From Nitrospirota bacterium (GTDB lineage: Bacteria > Nitrospirota > UBA9217): a stretch of 64,000 nucleotides of DNA. Location of the stretch: positions 928,001 through 992,000 of the forward strand of contig CAWBNQ010000003.1 in the NCBI GenBank assembly GCA_963790205.1, in the 5' to 3' direction. Shown piece after piece: positions 8,636-18,151 of this stretch. The position numbers were made by a program, and so were the translations under genes. Under the pieces are notes generated by a model that was given only the letters and a program-made list of their open reading frames with translations, was not told the origin of the DNA and searched no databases. Positions within the stretch are counted from its first letter, which is position 1, and every line of letters begins with the position of its first letter.

Positions 8636-9763
8636 TTACGGAAGCCTCCCTTCTTCGGCCCAGCGCTGATACTGGGCAGAAAAGACGTCTATGATCTGAG
8701 GTCCGTTCGGCTGGTGGATAATGAAGAGGTAGAAGACGGCCGTAGTCATCAACAGGGTGAGGACAGGACTGAGCCAGCGCAGAGCTCGAGGCCGGGTCTG
8801 CCAGAACTCCCCCCTTGTCAGAAGCAACAGCCAGAAGAGGGTTGTCAGGTTGAGGCCGGCCGCGATGTAGACCACAGTGTCAGGGATTATGATTGGATAG
8901 CCCGTGGTCTCCATGGAATAGAAAGTCGGCATTCTGATTGCGGTCAGCAGCACCCAGAGGAGAACCAATATCAGAAAAGTCCTGATCGAGGCCTGGGTAA
9001 GCCGCTTCCAGGGTTTCATCAGCAGGGCGGCAGCCCAGAGCATGACTACGACTCCCCACGCGACCCATCCCCAGGCCGATGTTTCTTTCCAGTAGCGGCT
9101 GGCCGTTTCGTAGGCCTCCTGGTCGCTTGTGGAGAGTTTTTTCCCGCCGTTCCCTGAAAGGGCCTCAAAGGCGAGATAGCTTTGCCTGCGCTTGTCCATG
9201 CGAGCATAGGCATATCCCAGTTCCCTCTGGACCTCTGCCTTCAAAAGAAAATCAGGGTGGTCCTTCAGCAACGCTTCGAACTTCTTCACCATGATTTCAT
9301 CGCCCTGATCGGCGAACAGAATCGCCTGATAGGTCTTGAAGGCCGCCTCCTGCTGTATCAGTTTTTCGAGGGAGGCCAGCTTCTCCTGGTAAAAGGAAAC
9401 CTGCCGGGGGGAGGCGTATTTCTCCAGATATTTCCGATCCCACTTGATCGCCTTCTTTATATCGACAATGTTGTCTTCATACAGGGTCCCCAGCATCTGC
9501 ACGGCGTAGCGGGCCGCCTCGCTTTCAGGATGCTTCCCGGCGATTTCCAGGTCGATGGCAGCTGCGTCGGCATAGCGGCCGTTGATATAGGCATGCTGGG
9601 CCTTTTGCCTCAGCTCGTTCACTGCCGGGCTGTCCTGGGCCGCAAATCCGGCGATCGGCAGCAAGAACAGGCCCCCAAAGAGCGTAAGAATAAGCAATGG
9701 AATGAGCTTGGTGCGCCTGATGGCGACAAGCTTTAGCACCAGCTTGTCCGTTATGGTTGCCAT
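8636..9763 (-). CDS. TPR-like periplasmic domain with C-terminal 4-TM anchor
   Basis: Signal peptide, helical repeats (AQHAYINGRYADA, ELGYAYARM), hydrophobic C-terminus; RBS GGAGG. Confidence 0.75.
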   Translation of the reverse strand: MATITDKLVLKLVAIRRTKLIPLLILTLFGGLFLLPIAGFAAQDSPAVNELRQKAQHAYINGRYADAAAIDLEIAGKHPESEAARYAVQMLGTLYEDNIVDIKKAIKWDRKYLEKYASPRQVSFYQEKLASLEKLIQQEAAFKTYQAILFADQGDEIMVKKFEALLKDHPDFLLKAEVQRELGYAYARMDKRRQSYLAFEALSGNGGKKLSTSDQEAYETASRYWKETSAWGWVAWGVVVMLWAAALLMKPWKRLTQASIRTFLILVLLWVLLTAIRMPTFYSMETTGYPIIIPDTVVYIAAGLNLTTLFWLLLLTRGEFWQTRPRALRWLSPVLTLLMTTAVFYLFIIHQPNGPQIIDVFSAQYQRWAEEGRLP

Positions 9764-9807
9764 TTATAGCCTCCGCCATTTTTAGCACTACATGATACTC
9801 CCTTATT

Positions 9808-9851
9808 TATTACGTTAATATTACATGGATGTTATATTTTCGTTACAATGG
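9808..9851 (-). promoter_or_regulatory. Pho-box-like 4x11-bp repeat; -10 TATCAT at 9792-9797
   Basis: tattacgttaa tattacatgga tgttatatttt cgttacaatgg. Confidence 0.8.
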
Positions 9852-9871
9852 AAAAAAACCGCCACGGAAAT

Positions 9872-9899
9872 GAAACCGGGGGCCGAAGGCCCCCGGTCT
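9872..9899 (-). terminator. Hairpin terminator after the metallophosphatase gene
   Basis: accgggggcc-gaa-ggcccccggt. Confidence 0.65.
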
Positions 9900-9927
9900 G
9901 CAGACATAATTACTGCAATTTTTTCTC

Positions 9928-10115
9928 CTATTCCTGCAATGTCACAGGGGCAAAAGGTAAGGCTGGTATTATTCGAATTAATGCTTTCAGTGGTCCGATT
10001 CATGCTGAACTGCAGCGGAATGACGATCTCGTCACCGGCTGCCAGGCCGTTGGCCGTAGCCCTTATCATCGGTTCGCCATTGTTCGAGCCGGTTGCATTG
10101 AGGCCGATGTTCTGG
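9928..10115 (-). pseudogene. Diverged, out-of-frame duplicate of the 3' end of the metallophosphatase gene
   Basis: Encodes QNIGLNATGSNNGEPMIR...TF(A)PVTLQE* versus in-frame QNTGLITDVTLVNATGSNNGEPMIR...TFTPVVLQE. Confidence 0.8.
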
Positions 10116-11801
10116 TTCCTGCAATACCACAGGCGTAAAGGTGATTTCGGTGTTATTCGGGTTGCTGAACGAGAGCGGAACGACAATCGAGTCCCCCGCG
10201 TCCAACCCGGTATGCTTAACCCTTATCATCGGTTCGCCATTATTCGAACCGGTCGCATTGACCAGCGTGACGTCCGTGATGAGGCCGGTGTTCTGGGCGA
10301 TCTTTGAGACAAGTTGCGGGGTGGTGGTGCTGTATTCGTTATCTGCGCTGCCGATTCCCTGGAGGTTGACAATACCGTCCAGGACAACGTGGATATTACC
10401 GGTAAGAGCTGGGCCGTTATTCGTGATCTCCAGGTTGCATCTGTACAGCTTGGTCGTAGGATTGTAGGTCATGTGGGTGGTTTTTACGCCGACCTGCGAT
10501 GAGACGTCGGTGAAGTGATTGAGAACGATCGTCTCGATCGGTGAAAGGGTCAGCGCCGACGACGGCTGAATCGCCGTTGTGCTCGCGTTGTTGACCTGGT
10601 AGGCGGTCATGGTGAGGGTCTTTCCTTCTACGTCAAAGGTCATGAACTCCATGGCCGGCCAGGCGGTGATGACGTGCGGAAAATTGCCCATATTGGTCAT
10701 GTCGGGCTGATAAACAGGCGCGCCGCCGCCGCCGCTGGTGATGTGCGGGACATTCAGGGCAATCTGGTCTCCGTTTGCCTGGGCGAGGGTATAAGCCCCG
10801 GTGCGGGCATAGTTGTGGCTGTGGCCGGCATAGACCAGGTCCACATTATACTGGGTAATGAGAGGTTCAAGTGCCCTCACTTTGAGGTTGTCGCCGTCTT
10901 TGCCTGCGGAATACGACGGCTCGTGGTACACGAGTATCTTCCACGGCTTGGTGGTCGTGGCGAGGTCGTTGACAAGCCAGTTGTACTGGTCGGAGCCGGG
11001 AGCAAAGCTTGAGTACTCGTCAACAACGGTGAAGTGGACCGGGCCGTAATCGAAGGACCAGTAGAGGTTATTGTAATAAGGATTGCCGCTGGCATCTGTT
11101 GTAGGAGCAGCTGTTTTAGAAGTCATATTCGTGTACGGAAAGGGAAAGTACTTCGGGAAAGTGGCGCTATACCCTGAAGCGTTATCATGGTTGCCCTTGC
11201 ACCCGTCGATGGGCGAATTCGCCGTGAACGTGACGATGTCCGTCTTGGTCGGGTCGAACCACTGGGAGGTCCAGTAGCTTTCGCCGTCGGTGCTTACCCA
11301 GTCACCGTTGTGAATAGTAAGGCGCTGATAATCCTCGTTGCCGGGCTGTGAATAGAAGGAGCGCATCGCCTGCATGACGTTATCCAGGGCAAACGGTTGG
11401 CTTCTTGAGTCTCCCATGGCGAGGAACCGTATCGAAGTGGCATTGTCCTCGGGCGCGGTAATGAACGATCCGGTGCCGTAGACGGCGCTGCTGGTCTGGT
11501 CAGCCACATGGTAGTAGTATTTCGTATTCGGCGTCAGTCCGGTGATCGTGTACCCGTGCTGCCGGTCGCCGAACTCGGGCGCCGTTACCGTCCCCATGCT
11601 GAAGATCGTGTCGGTGCCCCAGCTGACGATGTTCGTCTCGCCTGCGGTGTCGTCCTGCCAGACCACCTCCATCTGTGTATTCTGCCCCGGGTAGATCAGG
11701 TAGGGATGTTTCAGAATGCCGGCGAAAGCCGCCGTGCTGAACACGGCAAAGGCCAGCACAAAAACTAAACCGGTCAAAGCTTTTTTCGTCATGGTATTCA
11801 T
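10032..11801 (-). CDS. Secreted purple-acid-phosphatase-like metallophosphoesterase with FN3-like N-domain
   Basis: Start MNTMTKK after GGAG; signal AAFA/G; GLTPNTKYYY; GDSR, NGDWV, GNHD, YHEP, GHSH. Confidence 0.88.
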   Translation of the reverse strand: MNTMTKKALTGLVFVLAFAVFSTAAFAGILKHPYLIYPGQNTQMEVVWQDDTAGETNIVSWGTDTIFSMGTVTAPEFGDRQHGYTITGLTPNTKYYYHVADQTSSAVYGTGSFITAPEDNATSIRFLAMGDSRSQPFALDNVMQAMRSFYSQPGNEDYQRLTIHNGDWVSTDGESYWTSQWFDPTKTDIVTFTANSPIDGCKGNHDNASGYSATFPKYFPFPYTNMTSKTAAPTTDASGNPYYNNLYWSFDYGPVHFTVVDEYSSFAPGSDQYNWLVNDLATTTKPWKILVYHEPSYSAGKDGDNLKVRALEPLITQYNVDLVYAGHSHNYARTGAYTLAQANGDQIALNVPHITSGGGGAPVYQPDMTNMGNFPHVITAWPAMEFMTFDVEGKTLTMTAYQVNNASTTAIQPSSALTLSPIETIVLNHFTDVSSQVGVKTTHMTYNPTTKLYRCNLEITNNGPALTGNIHVVLDGIVNLQGIGSADNEYSTTTPQLVSKIAQNTGLITDVTLVNATGSNNGEPMIRVKHTGLDAGDSIVVPLSFSNPNNTEITFTPVVLQEPEHRPQCNRLEQWRTDDKGYGQRPGSR

Positions 11802-11958
11802 CGCTTCTCCTTTTTGCAAAAAGTTATGCTGCTGTTTGTGACACTTCTTAACCTTAGTATTGCCTGATGAATGATTATTCCACCTCCTTTCACGGTGCTG
11901 TGCAGCAGTCAAAAAAACAACTATTGCCGATATGGGTTCATTGCTCTATTGATCAGGT

Positions 11959-12627
11959 TTACGGGTTTGGCGACTCGCTATCCAGGTTCGCCTCGCTCAT
12001 GTCCGTCCCGTCCGCGTTCGCCCCACTCATGTTCGCCTTGCTCAAATCCGCCCCGCTCAAGTTAGCCTTTCTCAAGTCCGCCCCGTTGAGGTTAGCCTTG
12101 CTCAGGTTCGCCTTGCTCAGGTCCGCCCCGCTCAAGTTAGCCTTGCTCAAGTTCGCCTTGCTCAGGTCCGCCTTGGTCAGGTCCGCCCTGCTCAGGTTCG
12201 CTTTGCTCAAGTTCGCCTTATTCAGTTTTGACCTGCTCAGATCCACCCCGCTCAGGTCTTTCTCTTCCAAATTAATGCCGTTCAGGTCTGCCCCATTCAG
12301 ATCCGCCCCGCTCAGGTTCGCCCCGCTCAGATCCGTCCCGACCAGGTTCGCCCCGCCCAGGTCCGTCTCAGTCAGGTTCGCCCCGCTCAAGTCTGCCCCG
12401 CTTAGGTTCGCCCCGTTCAGGTTCGCCCCGCTCAAATCCGCCCCGTTCAGGTCCCGCCCCTCCAGGTTCATCCCGTTCAGGTCCACCCCACTCAGGTCAC
12501 ACTGGGGACATTGATTGGTTGCCCGTAATCTATCCAAATCAGCCTGCTCGAAGCCATACACGACGCTGCCCTTCAGAAACACGCAAAGGATGATTATCCC
12601 CAGCAGTGCTGCGGTCCTTCTTTTCAT
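11959..12627 (-). CDS. Secreted pentapeptide-repeat protein
   Basis: Signal peptide, CPQC, many A[DN]LSx repeats. Confidence 0.92.
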   Translation of the reverse strand: MKRRTAALLGIIILCVFLKGSVVYGFEQADLDRLRATNQCPQCDLSGVDLNGMNLEGRDLNGADLSGANLNGANLSGADLSGANLTETDLGGANLVGTDLSGANLSGADLNGADLNGINLEEKDLSGVDLSRSKLNKANLSKANLSRADLTKADLSKANLSKANLSGADLSKANLSKANLNGADLRKANLSGADLSKANMSGANADGTDMSEANLDSESPNP

Positions 12628-12799
12628 TTTTCTGTCTCCTTTTCACAAAGGATCTTTAGTCGCATATCCATACGGAAAAATTCCATTGGGCGGTTGGAAG
12701 TAACACTCGTACGTTCGAGTACTTCGAGACAAAGAAAAAAATGCGTTTTCTGATGACGCGGGATCATCCATTCGCTTCGAGTCGAGGATAGAGGAGAGG

Positions 12800-12843
12800 T
12801 ATTACGCGAGTGTTACGGAAATATTAAGTTTCCGTTACAATGC
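12800..12843 (-). promoter_or_regulatory. Pho-box-like 4x11-bp repeat; -10 TATCCT at 12785-12790
   Basis: tattacgcgag tgttacggaaa tattaagtttc cgttacaatgc. Confidence 0.85.
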
Positions 12844-13164
12844 TGAACGGCTTTGAATGAGGTAAGAGTAGTACGTTGCGGCGTATGTCGGCATGCGTTC
12901 GAGTAAACGTCTTTCACAGGGTCATTATAGAGAGCGCCTTCCTTCACGATGAACTCCCAGCTGTTCAGGCTGTAGCCGAAGGATTCGCGCTTAACGAAGC
13001 GCAATATTGTATTTCCCCGCTTGATAAAAGGGATAAACCATGGAACAGTTGCAATGGATCACGTCATACTTCATATCCCTAAAGCTGTCGTCGTGCGAAA
13101 ACAGGCGGGTGAAGTGATGAATTGCGATGGAGAAGTTTGGTCCCGGTCCTCGTCCCGGAGGTCC

Positions 13165-13572
13165 TTATGGAGAATGCCCCAGCCCGTCACAGTATGCTGA
13201 AATGACCGCGAAATCCGCAGCGACCCAGTCGAGCGACCGCAACTCGTGCGAAGACAACCAGAGCAGGGCCTTATGTTCGTGCAGCGTGATCTCACCCGAG
13301 ACGATGGCGCAGATGAAGGGGTACAGCGTTACGGAAAAATCTGGATAGTCATGGCTTACGGATGGCAATAGCCGGCCGGCTGTAATCTGCAGGCTCAGTT
13401 CTTCGGACACCTCACGGACAACGCATTGTCCAGGCGACTCGCCCCGTTCGATTTTTCCGCCGGGGAACTCCCATTTGAGGGGCAGGTTCATGCGTTCGCT
13501 GCGCTGGACGGCAAGGACCCTGCCATTACGCTCTATGATCGCGCAGGCGACCCGCATGGTTTTCTTAGACAT
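13165..13572 (-). CDS. MutT/NudG-like Nudix (d)NTP pyrophosphohydrolase
   Basis: WEFPGGKIERGESPGQCVVREVSEEL Nudix box. Confidence 0.9.
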   Translation of the reverse strand: MSKKTMRVACAIIERNGRVLAVQRSERMNLPLKWEFPGGKIERGESPGQCVVREVSEELSLQITAGRLLPSVSHDYPDFSVTLYPFICAIVSGEITLHEHKALLWLSSHELRSLDWVAADFAVISAYCDGLGHSP

Positions 13573-13790
13573 GTTCTTGAGACCGGGTGCCCGGCATGAC
13601 GGCGAATGCCGCCGTATGCTCTTTCTTTATCGTCCGCGTATGGAAATAATCTTATCATAGACACGGATGTTCTGCACCCGGCCCTTCGTCGGATTGCAGG
13701 GGGACCGCTGAGAAGAAAAGATTATAACAATGTTCCTGACAAGGCCTGTCTTTTAGTGTCATAATAAGTGTCATAATAGAAGGGGACAGG

Positions 13791-14525
13791 TTGGACGGAA
13801 ATCCACTGCCCGACCCGCGGATGACTATGGACTTCGCTTTTCCATTCGGCCTTGCGATCGCCAAGCTGCTGGCTTCCGACTACGTCTCCAGCCGCATACA
13901 GGTCAGGACTGAGTATGAGTCCGTGAAACGGATTCTCGAACTGTTCACCGCGCAGACCGTCAGGATCGTGGTAAACGTGCTCGTCCTGCTGGTGGCTGTT
14001 TATGGCGCCGGTTGGATCCTCAACCGCAGAATGAGCGTCCTGGTCATTTGCTCCGTGTACATGGCGTCGGTTGTCGAAAGCCTTGTGCGGCTGCTCCGGG
14101 GGCTGCCCGACCTTTTTTCTCTCCTCTTTGTGCACCACGGCAATCCCCGCTCTTTTATCAGCAAGCGGGTGCATCAGGAGGTTTACCAGCGACTCGTCGA
14201 AACCGATGCGCGCAGCTCGATATTCAAGCGATTGTTTAAGCAAATCATGCTCCGTTCGAATGAAGAGATCGCGCGCGAGGTGGCGCGAAAGGCCACCTCC
14301 GCGATCTGGAGCCGGGTGGTCGGACGGTTCACGGCCACGGCGACGGCCCTTCTCGCATACATCGTTGTTTTCCGGTTCATGGTCGCGCCCTATCTCATCA
14401 CCGGACACACGAAGCTCACGGTTTGGCAGGCGTTGCTCTATCCGATCGCCTACGCTTCCGACTACTTCTTCGGCACCTCTTTCCTGCATTATGTGCGCTC
14501 GCTCCGTTTTCGGCTTTTTGGGTGA
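13791..14525 (+). CDS. Hypothetical membrane protein
   Basis: 244-aa ORF with several hydrophobic segments; TTG start after GAAGGGG. Confidence 0.55.
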   Translation: MDGNPLPDPRMTMDFAFPFGLAIAKLLASDYVSSRIQVRTEYESVKRILELFTAQTVRIVVNVLVLLVAVYGAGWILNRRMSVLVICSVYMASVVESLVRLLRGLPDLFSLLFVHHGNPRSFISKRVHQEVYQRLVETDARSSIFKRLFKQIMLRSNEEIAREVARKATSAIWSRVVGRFTATATALLAYIVVFRFMVAPYLITGHTKLTVWQALLYPIAYASDYFFGTSFLHYVRSLRFRLFG

Positions 14526-14796
14526 AAGAGAAGCAGCGCTTTAGGCAGGATATCGGAGATACCAACAGTGACAATTTCAGCAAAAAAGATTCAATTGGTG
14601 CGTGTTTCCCGGTAAGCCTCATCGGCCGGCAGTAATGCAGTAATATCGTCACAGTGCAGACGCTCGAAGAAGGTTCTCGATTTTCGAATCCAGGTCCCGT
14701 GCGACAGCGAGAGCGTCCGGGTTTCCGCAGGGGGCCAGAAGACCGGCCATCTTGTCGTACGAAAAGCGGTTCCTGATGAACCTGATTTTTCGTATT

Positions 14797-15426
14797 CTAC
14801 CTTAAGACCGTAGGAACTTCCGCTATGATTGTTCCCAATACCGCGGCCTCTATCTTGCTCATCTCGCCCAAACTGCCGCGTCGTTCCGTCATACGCCGGA
14901 AGCGGGTGAAGTCTGTCGGCAGACCTTCGGTGTCCACAAGATAAGCAATTTTTTGGATGATCATCCTGATGTCTTCCGGATGTTTTATCCGGCCTTTTAT
15001 CTTGGGGAAATAGGTCACCTTCATCCGGCCCCTGGAGCTGTCGAAGTCGACATCCGTCACCCGGTGCAGCGCGAGAATAACATAATCCCCGAGTGATTGC
15101 CAAAAGATCTCGTCGTGGTCCTTCCAGGAGGGAAGGTGAAAGCGCAACAAGGCGGGCTGTTTTTTTCCATTTGGCATGATGCTCTTATAAAGAAAGACTG
15201 GAAAATCAGCTACCTCTTTAGTGTCGATCTTTTCGAGCTTTTCGAACAAATTGATCCTTTGCTGCTTTCGAAAGATCTTATCGATCTGATCTAAAACGCC
15301 GCCCTGCCCGAGACCGTCTTGAACTTTCTCGAGTACCGTTGTTAATGTGTTTGTCATTGTTCGACTCCTTTGACCGCAAGCTTTGAGTTTCGCTGCAGCG
15401 ATCTTAATTGCTGCGTCCCGATCCAA
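14797..15426 (-). CDS. Hypothetical protein (start uncertain)
   Basis: 209-aa ORF with natural composition; no motif recognised. Confidence 0.5.
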   Translation of the reverse strand: MDRDAAIKIAAAKLKACGQRSRTMTNTLTTVLEKVQDGLGQGGVLDQIDKIFRKQQRINLFEKLEKIDTKEVADFPVFLYKSIMPNGKKQPALLRFHLPSWKDHDEIFWQSLGDYVILALHRVTDVDFDSSRGRMKVTYFPKIKGRIKHPEDIRMIIQKIAYLVDTEGLPTDFTRFRRMTERRGSLGEMSKIEAAVLGTIIAEVPTVLR

Positions 15427-15513
15427 AAACCCGTCCGAACCTTTTTTACTATCTTACCACAAGCACATACAGTAATAATAGTGCAGCAGGCATTAAATCC
15501 CTATCCGGGGAAG

Positions 15514-15814
15514 TCAACTGAGTCGGTTCAGCACCTTTTCCGCGGCCTGCTCTATAACTTCATCTGACGTTTTTGCCTTGGAGAGAATAAAATAACCCTT
15601 TTTCCCGAGGAAAGCGATGAGCTGTTCGTATTTGATTTTTTTTTCATCGAAATGAATCAATGCGCTGCCGATAACAGGGTTTGTTGCCACAGACGTTATT
15701 CCTTCCAAATCCTGGATGCTTATTTCAAAGATCGCCGCATTCCGCGGATTACTGTGGATAAAGGGCGTCTGGACGCCTCAGTCTGCCGGGCACATAATGA
15801 TAATAATAATCCAT
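15514..15814 (-). pseudogene. HMA_2 (CoBaHMA-type) domain protein with a 1-nt frameshift near 15775
   Basis: RBS GAGGAG; MDYYYHYVPGRLR, extra C, then VQTPF...NPVIGSALIHFD; paralog of 27456-27827. Confidence 0.75.
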
Positions 15815-15829
15815 ATTGCTCTCCTCAGG

Positions 15830-15965
15830 TCAAAAGTCCGGAGCATAAAAATAATACCCGATGCCGAGCGTAAACGCGAAATTGCCGTAAAGCGCGTGTT
15901 CGATCGAAACGGCCAGGAGCGATCTACTTCCCAGATAGGTCGTCGCCCAGAGGAGAGCGGCAACG
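15830..15965 (-). pseudogene. C-terminal remnant of a CPBP (CAAX protease-like) gene
   Basis: LLWATTYLGSRSLLAVSIEHALYGNFAFTLGIGYYFY resembles CPBP motif 4; no N-terminal part present. Confidence 0.5.
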
Positions 15966-15968
15966 TCC

Positions 15969-16661
15969 TTATTTGCATTCCCACAGTGTGTACAGTTTTT
16001 CAGGGCTTCTCTCAACAACAAGCACAAGAAAGCCGCCGTCACGATGGCGGGCAACGAGCACGCCGTAATCCTGCAGTTTCGCGGCACTGGCCAGTTTTGC
16101 AGCTGCGCTCCACACTTCATAGAGACTCTGTACTCGTTCGCTCCTCGCCCCGTCGAAGAATCCGCGAGCATCGCTTCGCAACCGGACAATATGAATATGA
16201 AGTTGGTCCTGGCTTCTTGACCCCGGCGGGTTGACCACGAGTGCGATGGCGTCCTCGTCGGCAATTCGCTTCCTGGCCGCGGCCCAGGCAATGCTCCATA
16301 TGTCTTCGGGCCGCCGCGGGTCTTCGACACCCCTGATCCGTGCGCGCGGGATAACAAGGCCGTGTACAAAGCCGGGAACACAGCCGCACATTTTCCTGTC
16401 GCGGATCACGACATAAGCAGCGGTCTCGTCCCAGACCTCCGTCGTTGCCTTGCAGTCCAGGTTCCGCGCACAGGGGCTTTCGAGTCTCGGTGCCGGGCAG
16501 TGCTCGCAATAATCTGGAGTGTTGATATCGAGGCAGTTTGAAACGATGGTGAGGAGCGCATCCCGGGATTCAGCGGCGACCGCGCTCTCCGAGAGAAATG
16601 CGGCCGCAAGCAGCAGGCCCAGGAGCACGGTCCGGGCATAACGGAGAGAAAACAAGCTCAA
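15969..16661 (-). CDS. cdh: CDP-diacylglycerol diphosphatase family protein
   Basis: Signal/anchor, RDAL..IV..C, GVEDP, VN...SRSQDQLHIHI. Confidence 0.75.
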   Translation of the reverse strand: MSLFSLRYARTVLLGLLLAAAFLSESAVAAESRDALLTIVSNCLDINTPDYCEHCPAPRLESPCARNLDCKATTEVWDETAAYVVIRDRKMCGCVPGFVHGLVIPRARIRGVEDPRRPEDIWSIAWAAARKRIADEDAIALVVNPPGSRSQDQLHIHIVRLRSDARGFFDGARSERVQSLYEVWSAAAKLASAAKLQDYGVLVARHRDGGFLVLVVERSPEKLYTLWECK

Positions 16662-16709
16662 GAGGACCCCTCCTCATGCCTTCCGCCACATACTTTCGCA
16701 ACGCTCATA

Positions 16710-17159
16710 TTACCCCTGCATACCCAGAGACCATTCGGCTGTCATAGGATCAGCGGGATGATTGAAATTATCCAGATAGAAACTATCATTCATCATTGCG
16801 CAGACGATCCAGCCCAGACTGTCCTCTGTGTTCGTGATCTTGAAGGGGCCGGGACCGTATGCTCCACCGACAAACCGACCATCCTGAGTAAGTACCAGCG
16901 TAAGCGCGGACCATTTAGGGACCCCGTTAAACACCGTACGAGGATCACCCGCAGGCCCCCAATAGGGACGGCTTTTCCCGGGCGACCACTGACCGTGAAT
17001 GCTGATGGTTCTACAAGTGCCGAAAAAGATCGTACCTACATAGGTTAACCCCGTGGGATCCAATATCTTCGTATCAAGGATGATCTTAGGTGATGTGCCC
17101 AATAGTTTTGTTATATCAAGATTGGGCGCATTCAGTTCAAGTGCCAGCTTCGCAGTCAT
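16710..17159 (-). CDS. Hypothetical protein
   Basis: 149-aa ORF with RBS AAGGGGG. Confidence 0.55.
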   Translation of the reverse strand: MTAKLALELNAPNLDITKLLGTSPKIILDTKILDPTGLTYVGTIFFGTCRTISIHGQWSPGKSRPYWGPAGDPRTVFNGVPKWSALTLVLTQDGRFVGGAYGPGPFKITNTEDSLGWIVCAMMNDSFYLDNFNHPADPMTAEWSLGMQG

Positions 17160-17262
17160 TTATACCCCCTTTGTTTTGCCGGTTTTTCGCCCCTTTGGAA
17201 AAAACATGCAGTAACCAGCCGTTCAAGGTTTGACCTATTGTTCTGCATGCGGTTGTACAGTT

Positions 17263-17955
17263 TCAAATCGGCCCTGTCCCGCTGCGATCGAACCTGCCGT
17301 GCTTGAGGAAATGCGCGACCTGCCTCATCACCAGCGGGTCTTTCATGATAAACGTGTGGGTGTTGGGGACGATGATGAAGTCGCGCATCTCCGGCAGCAT
17401 GGCGCTCTTCACCGAAACCATGCCGTCGTCAGGCCCGTCCAGGAAAGCGGAGAACACAAGATTGATGCTGAAATTGCCCGCGATCACGCCGACGTCGATC
17501 CCGACCGGCTTCAAGCGATTGACCACGGACCCCGGCCCCCTGCCGATCTCCTGGCCGGCCGGGCCGGTGACCCAACGGTAGAGGGGGACCCGCATGAGCA
17601 GGTCGACGAGCTCGCTTCCCTGGTTCGGCGGGGAGAGCATCACGAGCCTGCTGCCCGCTGGCATTGAATGCCGCTGCAGGTACTGACGGACGATAAGGCC
17701 GCCCAGGGAGTGGCCGACGAAATGGATCTTGCCCGCTCCCTGCGCTTCGCAGCCTTGTACGGCGCGCGCAAGATGCGTTTCGGCGATCGTCTCGATCGTT
17801 TTGGTTGTTGAGGGATAGGCAAGGTTGACGGTCGAATAGCCGAGGCTTTGCAGATGCTGCTCAAGCCCGCGCAGGGACTGTCTGAAGCGGCCCAGGCCAT
17901 GGAGGAGGACCACCCATTCACCCGCGTCATCCATTGTTTGATTTTCTATGTTCAT
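17263..17955 (-). CDS. Alpha/beta-hydrolase (lipase/esterase-like)
   Basis: LLHGL, GHSLGG, PPNQGS, DDGMV, HTFIM. Confidence 0.88.
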   Translation of the reverse strand: MNIENQTMDDAGEWVVLLHGLGRFRQSLRGLEQHLQSLGYSTVNLAYPSTTKTIETIAETHLARAVQGCEAQGAGKIHFVGHSLGGLIVRQYLQRHSMPAGSRLVMLSPPNQGSELVDLLMRVPLYRWVTGPAGQEIGRGPGSVVNRLKPVGIDVGVIAGNFSINLVFSAFLDGPDDGMVSVKSAMLPEMRDFIIVPNTHTFIMKDPLVMRQVAHFLKHGRFDRSGTGPI

Positions 17956-18151
17956 CTCGACGGTTTCTTTGAAAAAAATCCTGTTTGACGCTTTGGCCGC
18001 GATAAATACTATTATACAATATCACAACAGGCAAGAGCATGTTTGGAACAGGTTCTTGGACTATGGACGCTCGGTACGGAACCGGAATTGCGTCCACTAT
18101 GTTATACTGGAAATAAAGCAATGAACATTCCATACCACAGGGAGGTGACCG

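Noticed and set aside
9928..10296. Possible DGR template/variable repeat pair
   Set aside because: Differences are not adenine-specific, include indels, and no reverse transcriptase is in the window.
11990..12500. 15-bp DNA repeats as a CRISPR or VNTR
   Set aside because: Explained by pentapeptide coding; no spacers or cas genes.
12813..13082. Short ORFs downstream of the Nudix gene
   Set aside because: No RBS or recognisable motif; one overlaps the repeat box.
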